Source: Piromyces finnis finn
Lineage: Eukaryota; Fungi; Neocallimastigomycota
Length of the DNA stretch: 64,000 nt
Direction of reading: 5' to 3'
Assembly: GCA_002104945.1 (NCBI GenBank)
Contig: MCFH01000065.1
Location: 1-64,000, forward strand
In this document: positions 1 to 12,481 of the stretch, piece by piece
How positions within the stretch are numbered: position 1 is the first letter of the stretch
Layout: each line of letters begins with the position of its first letter
Translations under genes and position numbers: made by a program
The notes under the pieces: model-generated
What the model was told of the DNA's origin: nothing
The model's input: the letters and a program-made list of their open reading frames with translations, nothing else
Databases searched by the model: none

Positions 1-413
1 TAAACATACTAGTGATACTAAAAAGCTTGATAAAGTAAATGTAAAATATAAATAAATTTATAAAAAAAAAAAAAGCAAAAACTATCTTTTGTTCTTACAT
101 AAATATTGATGAGAGTGAATTTAAAAATCTAAATAATGAAGCTATTAATAAAATGGAAGACTCATTTAATAAAAATAAAACTCTTATTCCCATCTATCGA
201 TTTATATGGCAATGAAGAATTAATTACTTTTAATAAAAGAAGATCAGGTTAATTATATTGAGAAAATAATAAAACAATATACCAATAAAGAAATTAATGA
301 TAATAAACTTACAAAAGTGAATAATGTTAATAAACAATTATTTAATGCGTATAGTGATATGGGATATTATATATTTATAAGTAATAACTGATGCCTACAA
401 TCGCTTACAATAA

Positions 414-909
414 TTGGTGCTGTTATTGTTAAGTGATTGTAATGTGAATTCAATTATACAAGTAATTAAAACATCCTACGAAGGTGAAACTATTCGGTCA
501 TCTTTACCCGATAATAAATGTCTCGGTTATTCAAGTAATAAAATAAACTTTAATGATTGTGAAATGAATAATGTTGATCAACATTGGTTTATTATTCCTA
601 AAGGTAGATATGAAAAAAATTATGGAAACTTTAAATGCTCTAATAGTCAATGCTGCAGTAAGCAGAGTTGGTGTGGAATGGATGACAATTCTTGTTCTAC
701 TCTTGTTCTACCGACGGTTATCGATTATTCATTCCTTTGGTCTGTGTCATTATAGCGATGGAAAATGTGGTTCAGATATTGGTAGATGTTCTACAACTAA
801 ATGTTGTAGTAAAAATGATTATTGTGGTATTACAGATGCTAACTGTTCTGGTTGTCAAAATTTTTACTCTGTAATTAATTTTAATATTAATAATTTATTA
901 TCCCATTAA
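414..909 (+). pseudogene. Frameshifted chitin-binding (CBM18/hevein) domain gene with preceding ricin-B-like segment
   Basis: Two hevein-type Cys patterns in different frames: CSNSQCCSKQSWCGMDDNSCS (414..755) and GKCGSDIGRCSTTKCCSKNDYCGITDANCSGCQ (571..909). Upstream KCL...QHW resembles a ricin QxW repeat. An 11-bp tandem duplication TCTTGTTCTAC at 690-711 breaks the frame. Confidence 0.65.
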
Positions 910-3143
910 AATTTTATTAAAACTATTTAAATATACAAATTTATTAAAATTCAGATATCTATTAATTTTAATTATAATTTAAAATTGATATAAAATACTT
1001 AAGGATTAATAAAAAATAGAAAATAGAAATTAACTTTCAAATTACTAAAATATTTTAAATAGAAATAAAAATTAAAAGTGATATAGGATAGGAATGTTTA
1101 TATGAATATGAATTTAGTTTAAAAATATATATTTTTTTGAAATTTTTTTATTTTTAATATTTAAATTATTCTAAAAAAAAAAAAAAACTTTTTTTTTTTT
1201 ATTTCACTTTTTTATGTAAAAATTTACTATTTAAAAATGAGAATAATTACTTTCAAATATGTTAATTTCTAATTATATATAATTAATATCTTTAAATCTT
1301 TATCTAAGTGAAAAGTAAAAAAAAAAAATATAGCTTCATTGAATTTTTTTTAAAAAATAAAAATATTTTATTTCATATTTAAAAAAAAAAAAAAAAAAAA
1401 AAAGAAATTTCAATGCATTATTTTCTAATATTTAATATTGCTTTTTTTTTTTTTTTCATTCGTATTTCATTTATATTTATATTATAGTATAAGCATTTAT
1501 TTTTTAAAAATATTTTTAAATTTATAAAAAAATAAAATATATATTTTAATATTATTCTTCTTTTTACTACTGAACATTTTTCATTATTCTGAAACTAAAT
1601 AATAATTAATTGAAATATATTCTTAATATTATTTTCTAAAATATATAAAAATAATAATAATGTCCCATAATTATTTATATTTAAATATTTATTTATTTTG
1701 TATAATAATAATTTATAATAAAATATAAAATTGAATATAATAAAAAACTAATGATCCCAATTTTAATTAACTTTATTTTTTTTAATACTCGATGGTTTAA
1801 AATTAATGTTTTTTTTTTTTTTTTAAATAGATTTATTATTATTAATATTTATTTATTTTTGTCAATTTTCATATTAGTTTTAATAAGATTTATTATTTAT
1901 TATTTATTATTTATTATTTATTATTTATTATTACTATTATTTATAATTTTTTTTTTTTGTCAATTTTCATGTTATTTTTAAAGTTTACTACAAGAAATAT
2001 TTTAAATGAAAAAACCAGTTACACAGCAAATAATCAAGCAATTTCATTTAAACTTTTAATTTAAAAAAAAAGAAAAAATAAAAAGTTATTAATAATAAAC
2101 TTGATTTGACAAAAAAAAAAAAGTTTTTTTTTTATTTTATCACCAAAAGAGAGAAAAAAAAAAAGAAAAGAAAAAAACTTTATTTCATAATCAATTTTTC
2201 TATTTTAAAACGCACCAAAATTCATAAAAGTTTTAATTTTGAAAATTAAAATTTAAATTGTCGAATAAAAATTCAAATTTTATTTTATAAATTTGGGTAA
2301 ATTTGAAAATTATAAAAAATTTTAAAAAATAATAAAAATTATAAAAATTATAAAAAATAAAAAAAAAAAAAAGCAAGTTTAATAATTATTTTTTTATTTT
2401 TTTTTTAAATAAAAATAAAAGAAAGCAAATTATCTTTTATTGATTGATTATTTGTTTGTTGTTCATTTGCTTAACTTTCTTTATTATTAAAATATTTCTT
2501 TTTTATGTTAAGCAAAATTTAAAAAAAAAAAATGATTCCTTAAATAAAAATAGAGACCAATACGATAGGAATTAAATAAAAAAAACACTTTATTTTTTAA
2601 CCACAAACCCACATACAAAACTATAAATATATGAATTATTAAATAATATTAATAAATAATAATAATAAATATTAATATAATTATAATTTCTTTTTTTTTT
2701 TTTTTTTTTTTTTTATTCGAATACGTTAAAAAAAATTGATATAAAAAAGTTGTTTTTCCCAATATTTTAAAGATTATTTATGTAAATTTTATAATACAGA
2801 AAAAAAAAAAAAAAAAAAAAACTAGTACCATAGTACTTATTGTAAATATAGCTAATAATAATAATAAAAGATAAACTACCTTTTTAAAAATTTATAAACT
2901 ATGTTTTTATAAATTTTTAAAAAGTTATTAAAGAGAAAAAAGGTATATATCTATTCTTTTCACTATAACATAAATATTTTTAAGTAGATATTATATCTAT
3001 ATATCCACTAAATCTTTACACCTACTTTTCTTTAATAGTAAATACTTTAGATGTATTTTTAATTTGTAAAATAAAAAAAAAACGATATAGAATCAACAAA
3101 AATTAATTTTTAATAACAAAAACTATAGTAAAAAAAATTAAAA

Positions 3144-6100
3144 ATGAAATACTTTAATATTTTATTATTAACACGTAAGTTTCTTTTTTAATATTATAAT
3201 AGTAATAATTTCATTATATAATCATAGTTTGTAAAAAAAAATCCCATAGACAAAGAATAAAAATATTAAACTTATTCCTAATATATTTACAATTTTTTTT
3301 TTTTTTTTGTAATTCCTATAAAATATAGTTGTAGGTTCAGCCTACACAAAGGACAGTTATTTTGGTGATATTAAAAGAGCAGAATATTTTGAAAAAACGG
3401 ATTTTAAAATGCCAAAAATTACTGTTAACTTAAATGAAGAAGATTACAAAAACTTTTTCCTTACCTACCAATGTCATTATGATACAAGTAATAGATATCG
3501 TATTAGAAATGAAGAATGTTACAAAGCACCATGGATTGATCTTCATAACCTATTAGAAAATGCCTTTAGTAAATCCATTATTGAAAAAAGTAATATCACA
3601 AAATCAGAAGATTTAGAATTAATTAAAAATGTAAATATGACTCTTGAAAATTTCGAACATATTGTTCAAACCTATTCTAATAAAACTTTAGAAGATGTTT
3701 TTTCTTCAGCTCATGCATTATATAAAATTCCAGATTATGAAACTGAAAAAGCTGGTTTAACTTTTGAACTTGATGGGTAAAGATAATCTATACCATTTTT
3801 ATTTTTCCTTTTTTTTTTTTTTTTTTCAAAAATTGAATCTTTCGATACTATTGAATATTTAAAGTTTTTCTAATTATTATTATTTTTAAATATTTAATTT
3901 AATATACATATATTATAATCATTTACACTTATTTATAACTGGATTTATATATAAACTATTTATCTTTTTATTATTCAACAACTATTATTCAACAACTATT
4001 ATTCAACAATTATTATTCAACAATTATTATTCAACAATTATTATTCAACAACTATTATTCAACAATTGGTTTTATTTTTATTTAAATGATCTTTTTTTTA
4101 ATACTCAATAAAAAAAAAAATTAATTTTTAGTGAAAAAACGACAGTAGATAAAATTAAATTCTCGGTTGGTGGAAAATATACTAAATCCTTTGAAAAACT
4201 TGGATATAATGTCAAGGTTAAAAAGGGTCAACTTTTTGAAAGAAAACAATTTCGTTTTCGTTCTGAAACCGTAGATCCTTCTTTTATTAGAGAAAAATTA
4301 GCCTATGATATTTGTAATGTTATTGGCTTACCTTCCCTTTCCCTTAACTATGCTCGTATTTATTTTAATGAAAAATTCATGGGATTATACGCTGTAAGAG
4401 ACGCCTTTAAATCACAATGGATTGAATACACCTATGGAGAAAAATCTACCACACATTTATATACTTGTGATAGAAATTACGGTAGTAATATATTTTATAA
4501 TTGTATTAATGATGATGAAGACATTAAAGACGATCTTGATTGGAATAATTTTATTCAACGTCTTTCCAACACCAAGACAAGAGAAGAATTAGAAGAATTT
4601 TTCGATGTTAAAACGTTTATTAAATGGCAAGCCTTAAAATATTTATTTGGTTCCTGGGATCATATTACCAATGCTCATAATCAATTTATGTATATGTTCC
4701 ATGACACCACCACCGGAAAGGATCAATGGATTCCATTATTGTATGATTTTGATAGTGATTTTGGTGCTTATAAAGAAGCTAATCCTCGTCGATCTTTTTC
4801 CGAAGATATGGCTGAACTTTCTACCCCACTGTATAAACTTCTTAAATTAAATGATAATAATAAAGAACTTGTTGGGTATATTGAAGAATTTATGAAAAAG
4901 GCCTTCAATCCCAAAATTTTAATTCCAAGAATTGATCAATTAAAGCAATTCCTTTCACCCTACCTAAAGGAAGATCGTACTCCAGGAAACGATGATCGTT
5001 TACCCGGAAGAGTTAAACGAATTAACATTAAAATTGAAGACTATTTTTCCTATGATGATTTTAATGAAAATACCGAATTTACTACCATTAAACTTAACAA
5101 GTATTCTAGTGATACGGTATATAATACCGATAAAATTCTTGGTTTAAAATATTGGATTATTGAACGTTTCCAATATGCCTGTCAATTTTATCATTTTGAC
5201 TGTAGTTACGCCTCTGAATATTTAGATGATATTTCTTTTGCTTCCGGTGCTATTGAATACGATGAAAAGAATGGTGGTTGTCATAGTTCTGGATATGATT
5301 GTTGCTTATCCACTAAAGCCATCGTAACATCAGATGTCGTTGGTGATTGGGGTATTGAAAATAATGACTGGTGTCTTTTTGACGATTCTGTAAATAAAAA
5401 AGAAGAAGAATGTTGGTCATTATCCTATGGAACAGGTTATCCATGTTGTAAAGATAAAAACACCAAAGTTAACTATGTTTCTAAATCTACTGGAAAAGAA
5501 TGGGGTGTAGAAAATGGTAATTGGTGTGGAATAACAGATCTTCAACGTTGTCCAAGTTATGGTATTTATCAATGTTGTCAATCCTGCGATATTGTCTTTA
5601 CCGATACTGAGGATTGGGGTTTCGAAAATGGTAATTGGTGTTCTATTCCTCATTCATGTAAAACTTCTAATTCAAATACCACCACCACCACCACCACCAC
5701 CACAACAACAACAACAACAACAACAACAATATCAACTCCTACTACAACCACCACTACTACTGAAGAACCTGTTTCAACTACAACCACCACCACCACTACC
5801 ACTACTGAAGAACCAGCTTCATCTTCTACTACTACTACTACTACTACTACTACTGAAGAACCTGTTTCATATTCTACTACTACTACTACTACCACTACTG
5901 AAGAACCTGTTTCATCTTCTACTACTACTACTACTACTACTACTACTGAAGAACCTGCTTCATCTTCTACTACTACCACTACTACTACTGAAGAACCTGC
6001 TTCATCTTCTACTACTACCACTACTACTACTGAAGAACCTGCTTCATCTTCTACTACTACCACTACTGAAGAACCTATTTCAACTACCACCACAACAACA

Positions 6101-6652
6101 AGAAATAAAACTATTAATCATGAAAGAACTACTGAAACTTATAATAATGATCCAGCCACTGCTCTTACTGAAACTACTTACACTGCTGAAGAAATGGAAA
6201 CAGAAGATGAAACGGAAATGGAAACTACTATTCCAGTTACCACCACTACCACTACCACCACCACCACTACTACTACTACACCATCAACAACAACTACTAA
6301 AACAAAGAAAACTATAACTACTATAAAGGTTATTACCACAAAGAAAACAACCACAAAAACTAAAACCACAAAGAAAACTACTACTACAACAACTACTTCT
6401 ACTACTACCACAACAACTTCAAAAACAACGACTACTACTCAAATGGGATGGCCGGGTTGGCCATTCTGGCCAGGTTGGCAAGTACCAACATTTGATACTC
6501 CAAGTCCAACACCAAATGTTTGTAAAGAAGTTACTAAAGGTTATTATCCTTGTGGTGGTATTAACTATCCAAATGCTTCTCCATGTTGTGAGGAAGGTTT
6601 CCGTTGTGAAGTTCAAAATCCATATTTCCATATGTGTGTCAAGATTAATTAA
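3144..6652 (+). CDS. cotH: Secreted CotH-family kinase with 3 fungal dockerins (CBM10-like), Thr-rich linker and C-terminal CBM1-like domain; 3 exons (3144-3174, 3329-3776, 4132-6652)
   Basis: The GT-AG spliced frame is continuous and gives signal peptide MKYFNILLLTLVGSAYT. CotH motifs: GGKYTKSFEKLGYNVK, RSETVDPSFIREKL, WDH, YDFD. Three dockerins with CC...WGxENxxWC. C-terminal YYPCGGINYPNASPCCEEGFRCEVQNPYFHMC. Confidence 0.9.
3971..4067 (+). repeat. 14-bp minisatellite TTATTCAACAA(C/T)TA x7 in CotH intron 2
   Basis: Seven head-to-tail copies with no spacers. Confidence 0.9.
5670..6430 (+). repeat. Coding Thr-rich linker repeats (TTTTTEEPASSS units)
   Basis: ACT/ACC/ACA runs with about 8 EEP(A/V/I)S units, read from the ORF translation. 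Confidence 0.85.
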
Positions 6653-8030
6653 ATTTGATATTTTTTAAACTATTATTATAAATATTATATATATATAATA
6701 TTTATTGTATTATTATAAAAACATGTATACATAAATTAATATTTAACATTTTATATATTTTCTTTTATTGTGTAAAAAAAAAAAAAGATATTTAATGTAT
6801 ATTCATAGGTCAAAAACATTTTATTTTTACTCTTACATTTAATATATATTATAAAGATATATTAAATTTTACTTTAAATTTTTATTATTTATATTTTAAA
6901 TAAAATAAAAAAATTCTTTTTTTTGTTTGTTTTAATAAAAATAAAAATGAAAAAGATAATTAATTTTTATGAAACAATAATAAATAAAAAAAAAGAGTCA
7001 TTATAATTTTATTTTAGGATCCTCTCTTTGACATTGATCCAAAAAGAGAAATGATGCTTTGATTCAAAGTTACACTAAAATTTAGCAATCATTAAAATTC
7101 CTCAAATATAAAAAAAAAGTATTAGGAAAAGTATTATCCTTTATGTTATTTATTCATTCCTATTTACATTTAATTTTTTTTTATTTATTTATTTTTAAAT
7201 CTATTCAAATTATTATGGTTATTAATATAAATACTTTTAATACTTTTTAAATTTATTTTTAACTATCTTTTATTTTAAAACACATAATAATAACATTCAT
7301 AAATCTTTTATATACAATATTAATTATTAATAATAACCCAAACATAATTAATAACAAACAGAATAATAATAACGCTTACATTTAAATATTTAATTTATTA
7401 TGCCTATTAAATTTTTTATTTTTATCCCACCAAACAATAATTAATTATTACTATTATCATTTATTATTATACTTTTTTTTTTTTTTATATATATAAAATA
7501 TTATTATTATTATTATTATTATTATTATGATTATGATTATTATTAAAAAAGATATTTCTTTTTTTTTTTTTTTAGTCTTTATGTTGATATAAAACATTTT
7601 TTGTAATTAAAAAATAGATAAAAAAAAAAAAAAAGGAATTATTAATTTTATTTATAGAAACAAATTTTCATTTAAAATAATATAAACAATTCATTAATTA
7701 TTAATAGGAATAATAGCTATTTTTAATTTAAATATTATTTTCTTTTTTTTTTTTTGATTTAATCCTTTATTTTAAAGTTTAAAAAAGCATCAAATTTTAA
7801 TTATTATAAAATTAAAAAAAAAAGATGCTTCAAACAGTTACAATAATATATTCTTTTTTGTTATACATTTATTTTCTATTTTTTTTTTTTTCGTTATAAC
7901 ATTTACATTTTACACATTAATAAGTTTATAAATTTTGTGTTATAAAATCCAAAATTGAAAATTTAGAAATGATTAATGGATATTAATTATTGTTTTTTAT
8001 TTAATTTGGTTTGTTTGGGTTGAGTTTAAT

Positions 8031-9122
8031 TTATTTTGTGTCATAATCGATTGCAGGTGATTCTAATGTATCTCTGTAATCATAAGATGAGGTAACAGTG
8101 TAATTACGTTCAATATCGTAATTTGACGTAACAGTGTAATTACGTTCAATATCATAATTTGACGTCATTGTGTAATTACGATCAATATCACAATTTGATG
8201 TCACTGTATAGGTACGGTCAATTCCATCAGCAAAGATAATATCATGGAAAGCATTAATAACTTCATGACTGGATTCTTTACTAAAACTTGTATTACCACT
8301 AGTGGCGGAATGTATAGTACGTAATGTACCGGTAGAGTAATTACTACCATTATAATAGATATCATTTTGCATATTATCCATGGGTAATGGTGGTGGAGGT
8401 CTTTCTGGTGGTGGTCCTACTGGAGGGAAAGCAATACAATCATTTGGTAATGGATCTATCATACTCGTATCATTTTTATTTTTTGATGATTTTCTTTTAA
8501 TTAAGAAAATTGTACCACATACAACAACAGCTAATACTGAAAAAATAATACCACCCGTAAACATCCAAGAAGAATTGGAAATATTTTGACTGGATTTAAC
8601 AAAAGCAGAATTATTACTATTTCCAATTTGATTTACATTGTTGTTGGTATTATTACTAGTATTGTAGATAGTATTTGCATTAGAATTTACAGTGTTTGAT
8701 GTATAAGAATTGGTATTGGATGATATATCAGATCCATCTCTATTAGAAATAATTTCATTATTTGTTGTTGTTGTTTCTTTTTCAATAGTTGACGGTTTAA
8801 TTGAAGTGTTATCCGGTGATTTTGAATTATTATCGACTCTATTTGAATTTAATAAATTAAAAGTAACAGTTCCATCATTTTTGGTATTTTGCTTTGAAAC
8901 TGTTTTAATATTATTGGTTTTATTATTCTTCTTGACAGTTTGTTTGTTAACAGGTTTAAGGTTATTATTTACTTTTTGTTTTATCTTGGTGACTACTTTT
9001 TTAACAACTTTTTTATTTTGATTTGGATTGACATATCTTTTTCTTAATTCATTGTTTTTTTCCTTACTCATCTTACTCTTTTTATTTTGAATCTTGTGTG
9101 AATAATTAATATCCATTTTCAT
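8031..9122 (-). CDS. Single-pass membrane protein: Asn/Ser/Lys-rich N-terminal part, TM helix, Pro-rich motif, 12-aa Tyr repeats; 5' exon unresolved
   Basis: 363-aa ORF with hydrophobic WMFTGGIIFSVLAVVVCGTIFLI followed by KRK, PPPERPPPPLP, and 4x DI(D/E)RNYT(V/M)TSNY encoded by a 36-bp repeat at about 8092-8235. Confidence 0.7.
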   Translation of the reverse strand: MKMDINYSHKIQNKKSKMSKEKNNELRKRYVNPNQNKKVVKKVVTKIKQKVNNNLKPVNKQTVKKNNKTNNIKTVSKQNTKNDGTVTFNLLNSNRVDNNSKSPDNTSIKPSTIEKETTTTNNEIISNRDGSDISSNTNSYTSNTVNSNANTIYNTSNNTNNNVNQIGNSNNSAFVKSSQNISNSSWMFTGGIIFSVLAVVVCGTIFLIKRKSSKNKNDTSMIDPLPNDCIAFPPVGPPPERPPPPLPMDNMQNDIYYNGSNYSTGTLRTIHSATSGNTSFSKESSHEVINAFHDIIFADGIDRTYTVTSNCDIDRNYTMTSNYDIERNYTVTSNYDIERNYTVTSSYDYRDTLESPAIDYDTK

Positions 9123-10631
9123 TTTTTTTTTATTTTTATTATTTTTTATAACTATCTATCTATATTTATATTGTATTGTTTTTTTTTACAAAAAAAAAAA
9201 AAGTACTTTTTTATTCTAATATTTTCATATAATACACAATAAAACGAAATATTAATACATCATATTATTTCTTATCCACCTTCATAGAGGTAATTTTTTT
9301 TAATAATTTTTTTTAAAAAATTTAAAATAAGAAAGGGTTTTTTTACTCTATTTATACTTTTTTTTTTAATTATTATTAGTTATTATAGTTCTTTTTTTTC
9401 TTAATCACTAATCGACATGATTTTTAGTCGTTTAAAAAAATATTTAAAATTAATTAAAGTAAATGAAAAAAGGACCAAATCAATTTAAAAACAATAATAA
9501 AAACTAATTATTTTTAGTTAAAATTCTAGATTTTTTTTAATAAAACTACATAATAATAATTAAAAAAAAAAACAACTTTATATTAATAGTTTATTTTATA
9601 AAAAAAAAGTTCCTTTTCTCTTCTTCTTATCTGAATAGGAAAAAAAAAAGTTTTCAAAATAAAAACTTTAATTTTTCATAAAATATTATTTAGATTTTAA
9701 ACATATTTTTATAATTAAAAAAGTGGTACGAAAGGAAAGGAGAAAAAAAAAAACTATTAAAAAGTTGAAAAAGATATTTTATTTTATGATTAAAGGAATA
9801 ATAGTAAAAGGTAAAAAGGAAATTAATAGGAATGAGAAATGAGAAAATATGCAACGATAGATAATAAATAAAATACTATAAAACACACATAAAGTATGTT
9901 TTATTTTTTTCTATAATAATAAAATTCTCTTTTTAAAAAGATAATTATTAGATATAAATAACTTTTTTAATTATTTTTTGATTAAATAATATTAATAGTA
10001 ATTGAACTAAAATTCATTAAAAAAATATTAAAATACAACATTTTTTTAATCTTTTTTTTTTTTTTTTAAAACAGACCATTAAACCTAATTCATCCTAGAG
10101 ATAATAATAAGTAATCGTAATAATAATTTTGATATAATACTATCAATTATATAAAAGATTATTCTAATAAAGATGATAATAATTTGAATAATAAATATTA
10201 ATAAATATAAAAAATTACATTATTACATAATAATAATAAATAATAATAATAAAAAAAAAAAAGTCGAAAGTTTTTAAAAAGTTCAACAACTTCTCTCTTC
10301 CTCCTCCGTCGGAAAACTTTTTCCTTTTTTCCTAATAAAAAGGAAATTAAATTTAAAATTTTAAAATTTTATTTTTTATTTTTTTTATCCCAAAATTTAA
10401 AAATTAACCAATAAAATTCTTTTATTTTATTTTAAAATAGAATTTAATTTAAAATAAAAAAATATAATTCGTTCAAAATTTAAATAATAAATTAATTTTA
10501 AAATTAAAAATTAAATTAAAAAAAAATTGAACCAAAATTCATTAGGATTAGAAATGACGACTAGGGATAAAGAAGAGTAAGGCAAACATGCTTTTTATAA
10601 AAGTAGTTGGTAGGATATACCAGATACAACG

Positions 10632-10632
<1 letters not shown>

Positions 10633-10695
<63 letters not shown>

Positions 10696-10697
10696 TA
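10633..10697 (+). repeat. (TTTA)n microsatellite
   Basis: About 16 tandem TTTA units. Confidence 0.95.
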
Positions 10698-10919
10698 TAA
10701 AATCTATAGATTTAATAAAAATAATAAATAAATAATAGATAAAAAACTTTATTCATTCAAAATAAAATAACAAATATTATTAAGCTTAAATTAATAAAAA
10801 TTTAAACGTTGTAAGGTTTATTCAGCCTATACTTTTTTTTTTTTTATTACTACTATATAATTAAGTATACTATACATACATTATATAGCTATATATAACT
10901 ATATGTTATCTATAAAATA

Positions 10920-11427
10920 ATTTAAAAAGGTGATGTTTTTAATGACAGATATGTAACTCGGATGTATTATTTGGATAAGTTATTTGGATATGTAACTCGG
11001 ATGTGTTATTTGGATAGGTTATTTGGATAAGTTATCTTTATTTAAATATTCTTTATCTGACGATTTATTTTTTGAATGTTCTTTTTTTAATTGTTCTTTA
11101 TTTTTTATGGAAACAGAAAATTCAACAAGTAATTATTATACTTTGAGAAAGTATAACAAAAAAATATAATAATTCCTATTGATGTTTGATTTATACTATC
11201 ATTATCAGATGGTCCGTCTAATTGCATTCTACAATAGCCATTATCACATTTTTTAGATTAAAAATCTTTATTCCTTTTACACGTACCTCCTTGTGGTTTT
11301 CTACAATGTATATATGAATGTTTTAAAAAATATATCCGAATAAATATCCATCACAATGAACTATTGGAATTTCTTCATTAAAAATACAATAATGATTAAA
11401 TCATTTATTGGATAAACAATCAGAGTT
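10920..11427 (-). pseudogene. Cys-rich membrane-protein pseudogene fragment (host-type), cut off at the viral junction
   Basis: The minus strand reads NSDCLSNK*FNHYCIFNEEIPIVHCDGY.../HSYIHCRKPQGGTCKRNKDF*SKKCDNGYCRMQLDGPSDNDS-IGIIIFFC with stops and frameshifts. From recall, this Cys pattern matches a multicopy family in anaerobic fungi; not database-checked. Confidence 0.55.
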
Positions 11428-11429
11428 AA

Positions 11430-12404
11430 AATTTCATTTTAACTCTAAATCCTGGCGCTTTAGAATACTTTGCCGACATTAAGGCTTACTTAAAATCTTT
11501 GGTTGGTTTAAAGTATCTTTTGGTTACGGAACATATTGGACAGGCACAAAAACATTACCATATATTTGTCCAATACCAAAATTCAAAGAATTTGTCTATA
11601 AGAAGACTGAAGGGGGCTCACTTAGAACGCTGTTATGGCTCTGCCCAACAGAACATCCGCTACTGTAAGGCAGAGGATGAAAAACATATCAGAGACGGGG
11701 TCACTGCTATGTTAATCGAAGAAGAAGGTGAGCCTGTCTTTAAAGGTGGAAATTTTACTATCGGTTATTTACAAGATTGTGACAATCCAGATGAATTACC
11801 AGCTGTCTTATATAATACTTATCAAAAAATCAAATTGCAAAAGAAAAATAGATTATCTTTAGGGAGTTGGAGAAAGGAAGTCAAGGTTTACTACATCCAA
11901 GGTCCATCAGCAATTGGAAAATCGGAAAGAGCTGAAGAATTAATAAGAAAATATTACAATGACAAGGGCATCGAAGACCCTGACGAAATGTATTTCGATG
12001 AACTAAAATATGATAAATCTGGGTTTTATTCTGGAATAACTTTAGATAATCCATCTGAAGTTGCAGTTTTCGATGATTTCAGAGCTGGGATAATGAAGCC
12101 AGAAGAATTCATTAATCTTATTGATTATAGAGTTCATAATTTAAATATTAAAGGTGGGTCAGCTAAAAATAATTATAAATTAATAATTTTTACTTCTGTT
12201 CAAAAACTCTCTTCCATCTACAGAAATGTAGACGAATTTGAAAGAAGAGAACAATGGGAAAGAAGAATTCAATTAATTAATATGTATCCACCTGAAAGAG
12301 TTCATATAGGTGGTCTTCCAGTTGGTCATAGAACTGACTTTAACCAATTAGAAGAATATAGTGTAGAAGACACTGTAGATAACACAAGAATTGTAATAAA
12401 TTAA
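11430..12404 (+). CDS. rep: CRESS virus replication initiator (HUH endonuclease + SF3 helicase), 5'-truncated, no start codon
   Basis: Open for 324 codons. RCR motif I FILTLN, motif II HYHIFVQ, motif III NIRYCKA, Walker A GPSAIGKS, Walker B VFDDF, motif C IIFTSV, Arg finger QWERRI. Confidence 0.92.
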   Translation, partial: NFILTLNPGALEYFADIKAYLKSLVGLKYLLVTEHIGQAQKHYHIFVQYQNSKNLSIRRLKGAHLERCYGSAQQNIRYCKAEDEKHIRDGVTAMLIEEEGEPVFKGGNFTIGYLQDCDNPDELPAVLYNTYQKIKLQKKNRLSLGSWRKEVKVYYIQGPSAIGKSERAEELIRKYYNDKGIEDPDEMYFDELKYDKSGFYSGITLDNPSEVAVFDDFRAGIMKPEEFINLIDYRVHNLNIKGGSAKNNYKLIIFTSVQKLSSIYRNVDEFERREQWERRIQLINMYPPERVHIGGLPVGHRTDFNQLEEYSVEDTVDNTRIVIN

Positions 12405-12481
12405 TTTAAATAAAATTTAAATAAAGTTTATTTTACACCCATATCTTTTATTTATTTATTAATTGTTTTATATTACATTTA

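Noticed and set aside
3971-4067. Regular 14-bp repeats as a CRISPR-like array
   Set aside because: Head-to-tail units with no unique spacers, inside a spliceosomal intron, and no cas genes.
5420-6631. Poly-Val, poly-Leu and poly-Pro ORFs overlapping CotH
   Set aside because: Shadow frames of the ACT/ACC linker repeats.
11412-11429. ATA...TAA upstream of Rep as a RIP-mutated start (ATG to ATA, CAA to TAA)
   Set aside because: These bases read as NSDCLSNK of the host pseudogene on the minus strand, so Rep is truncated by the junction rather than mutated.
12405-12481. TTATATTAC as a viral origin nonanucleotide
   Set aside because: It mismatches NANTATTAC and has no flanking stem. The region looks like a bidirectional polyadenylation spacer.
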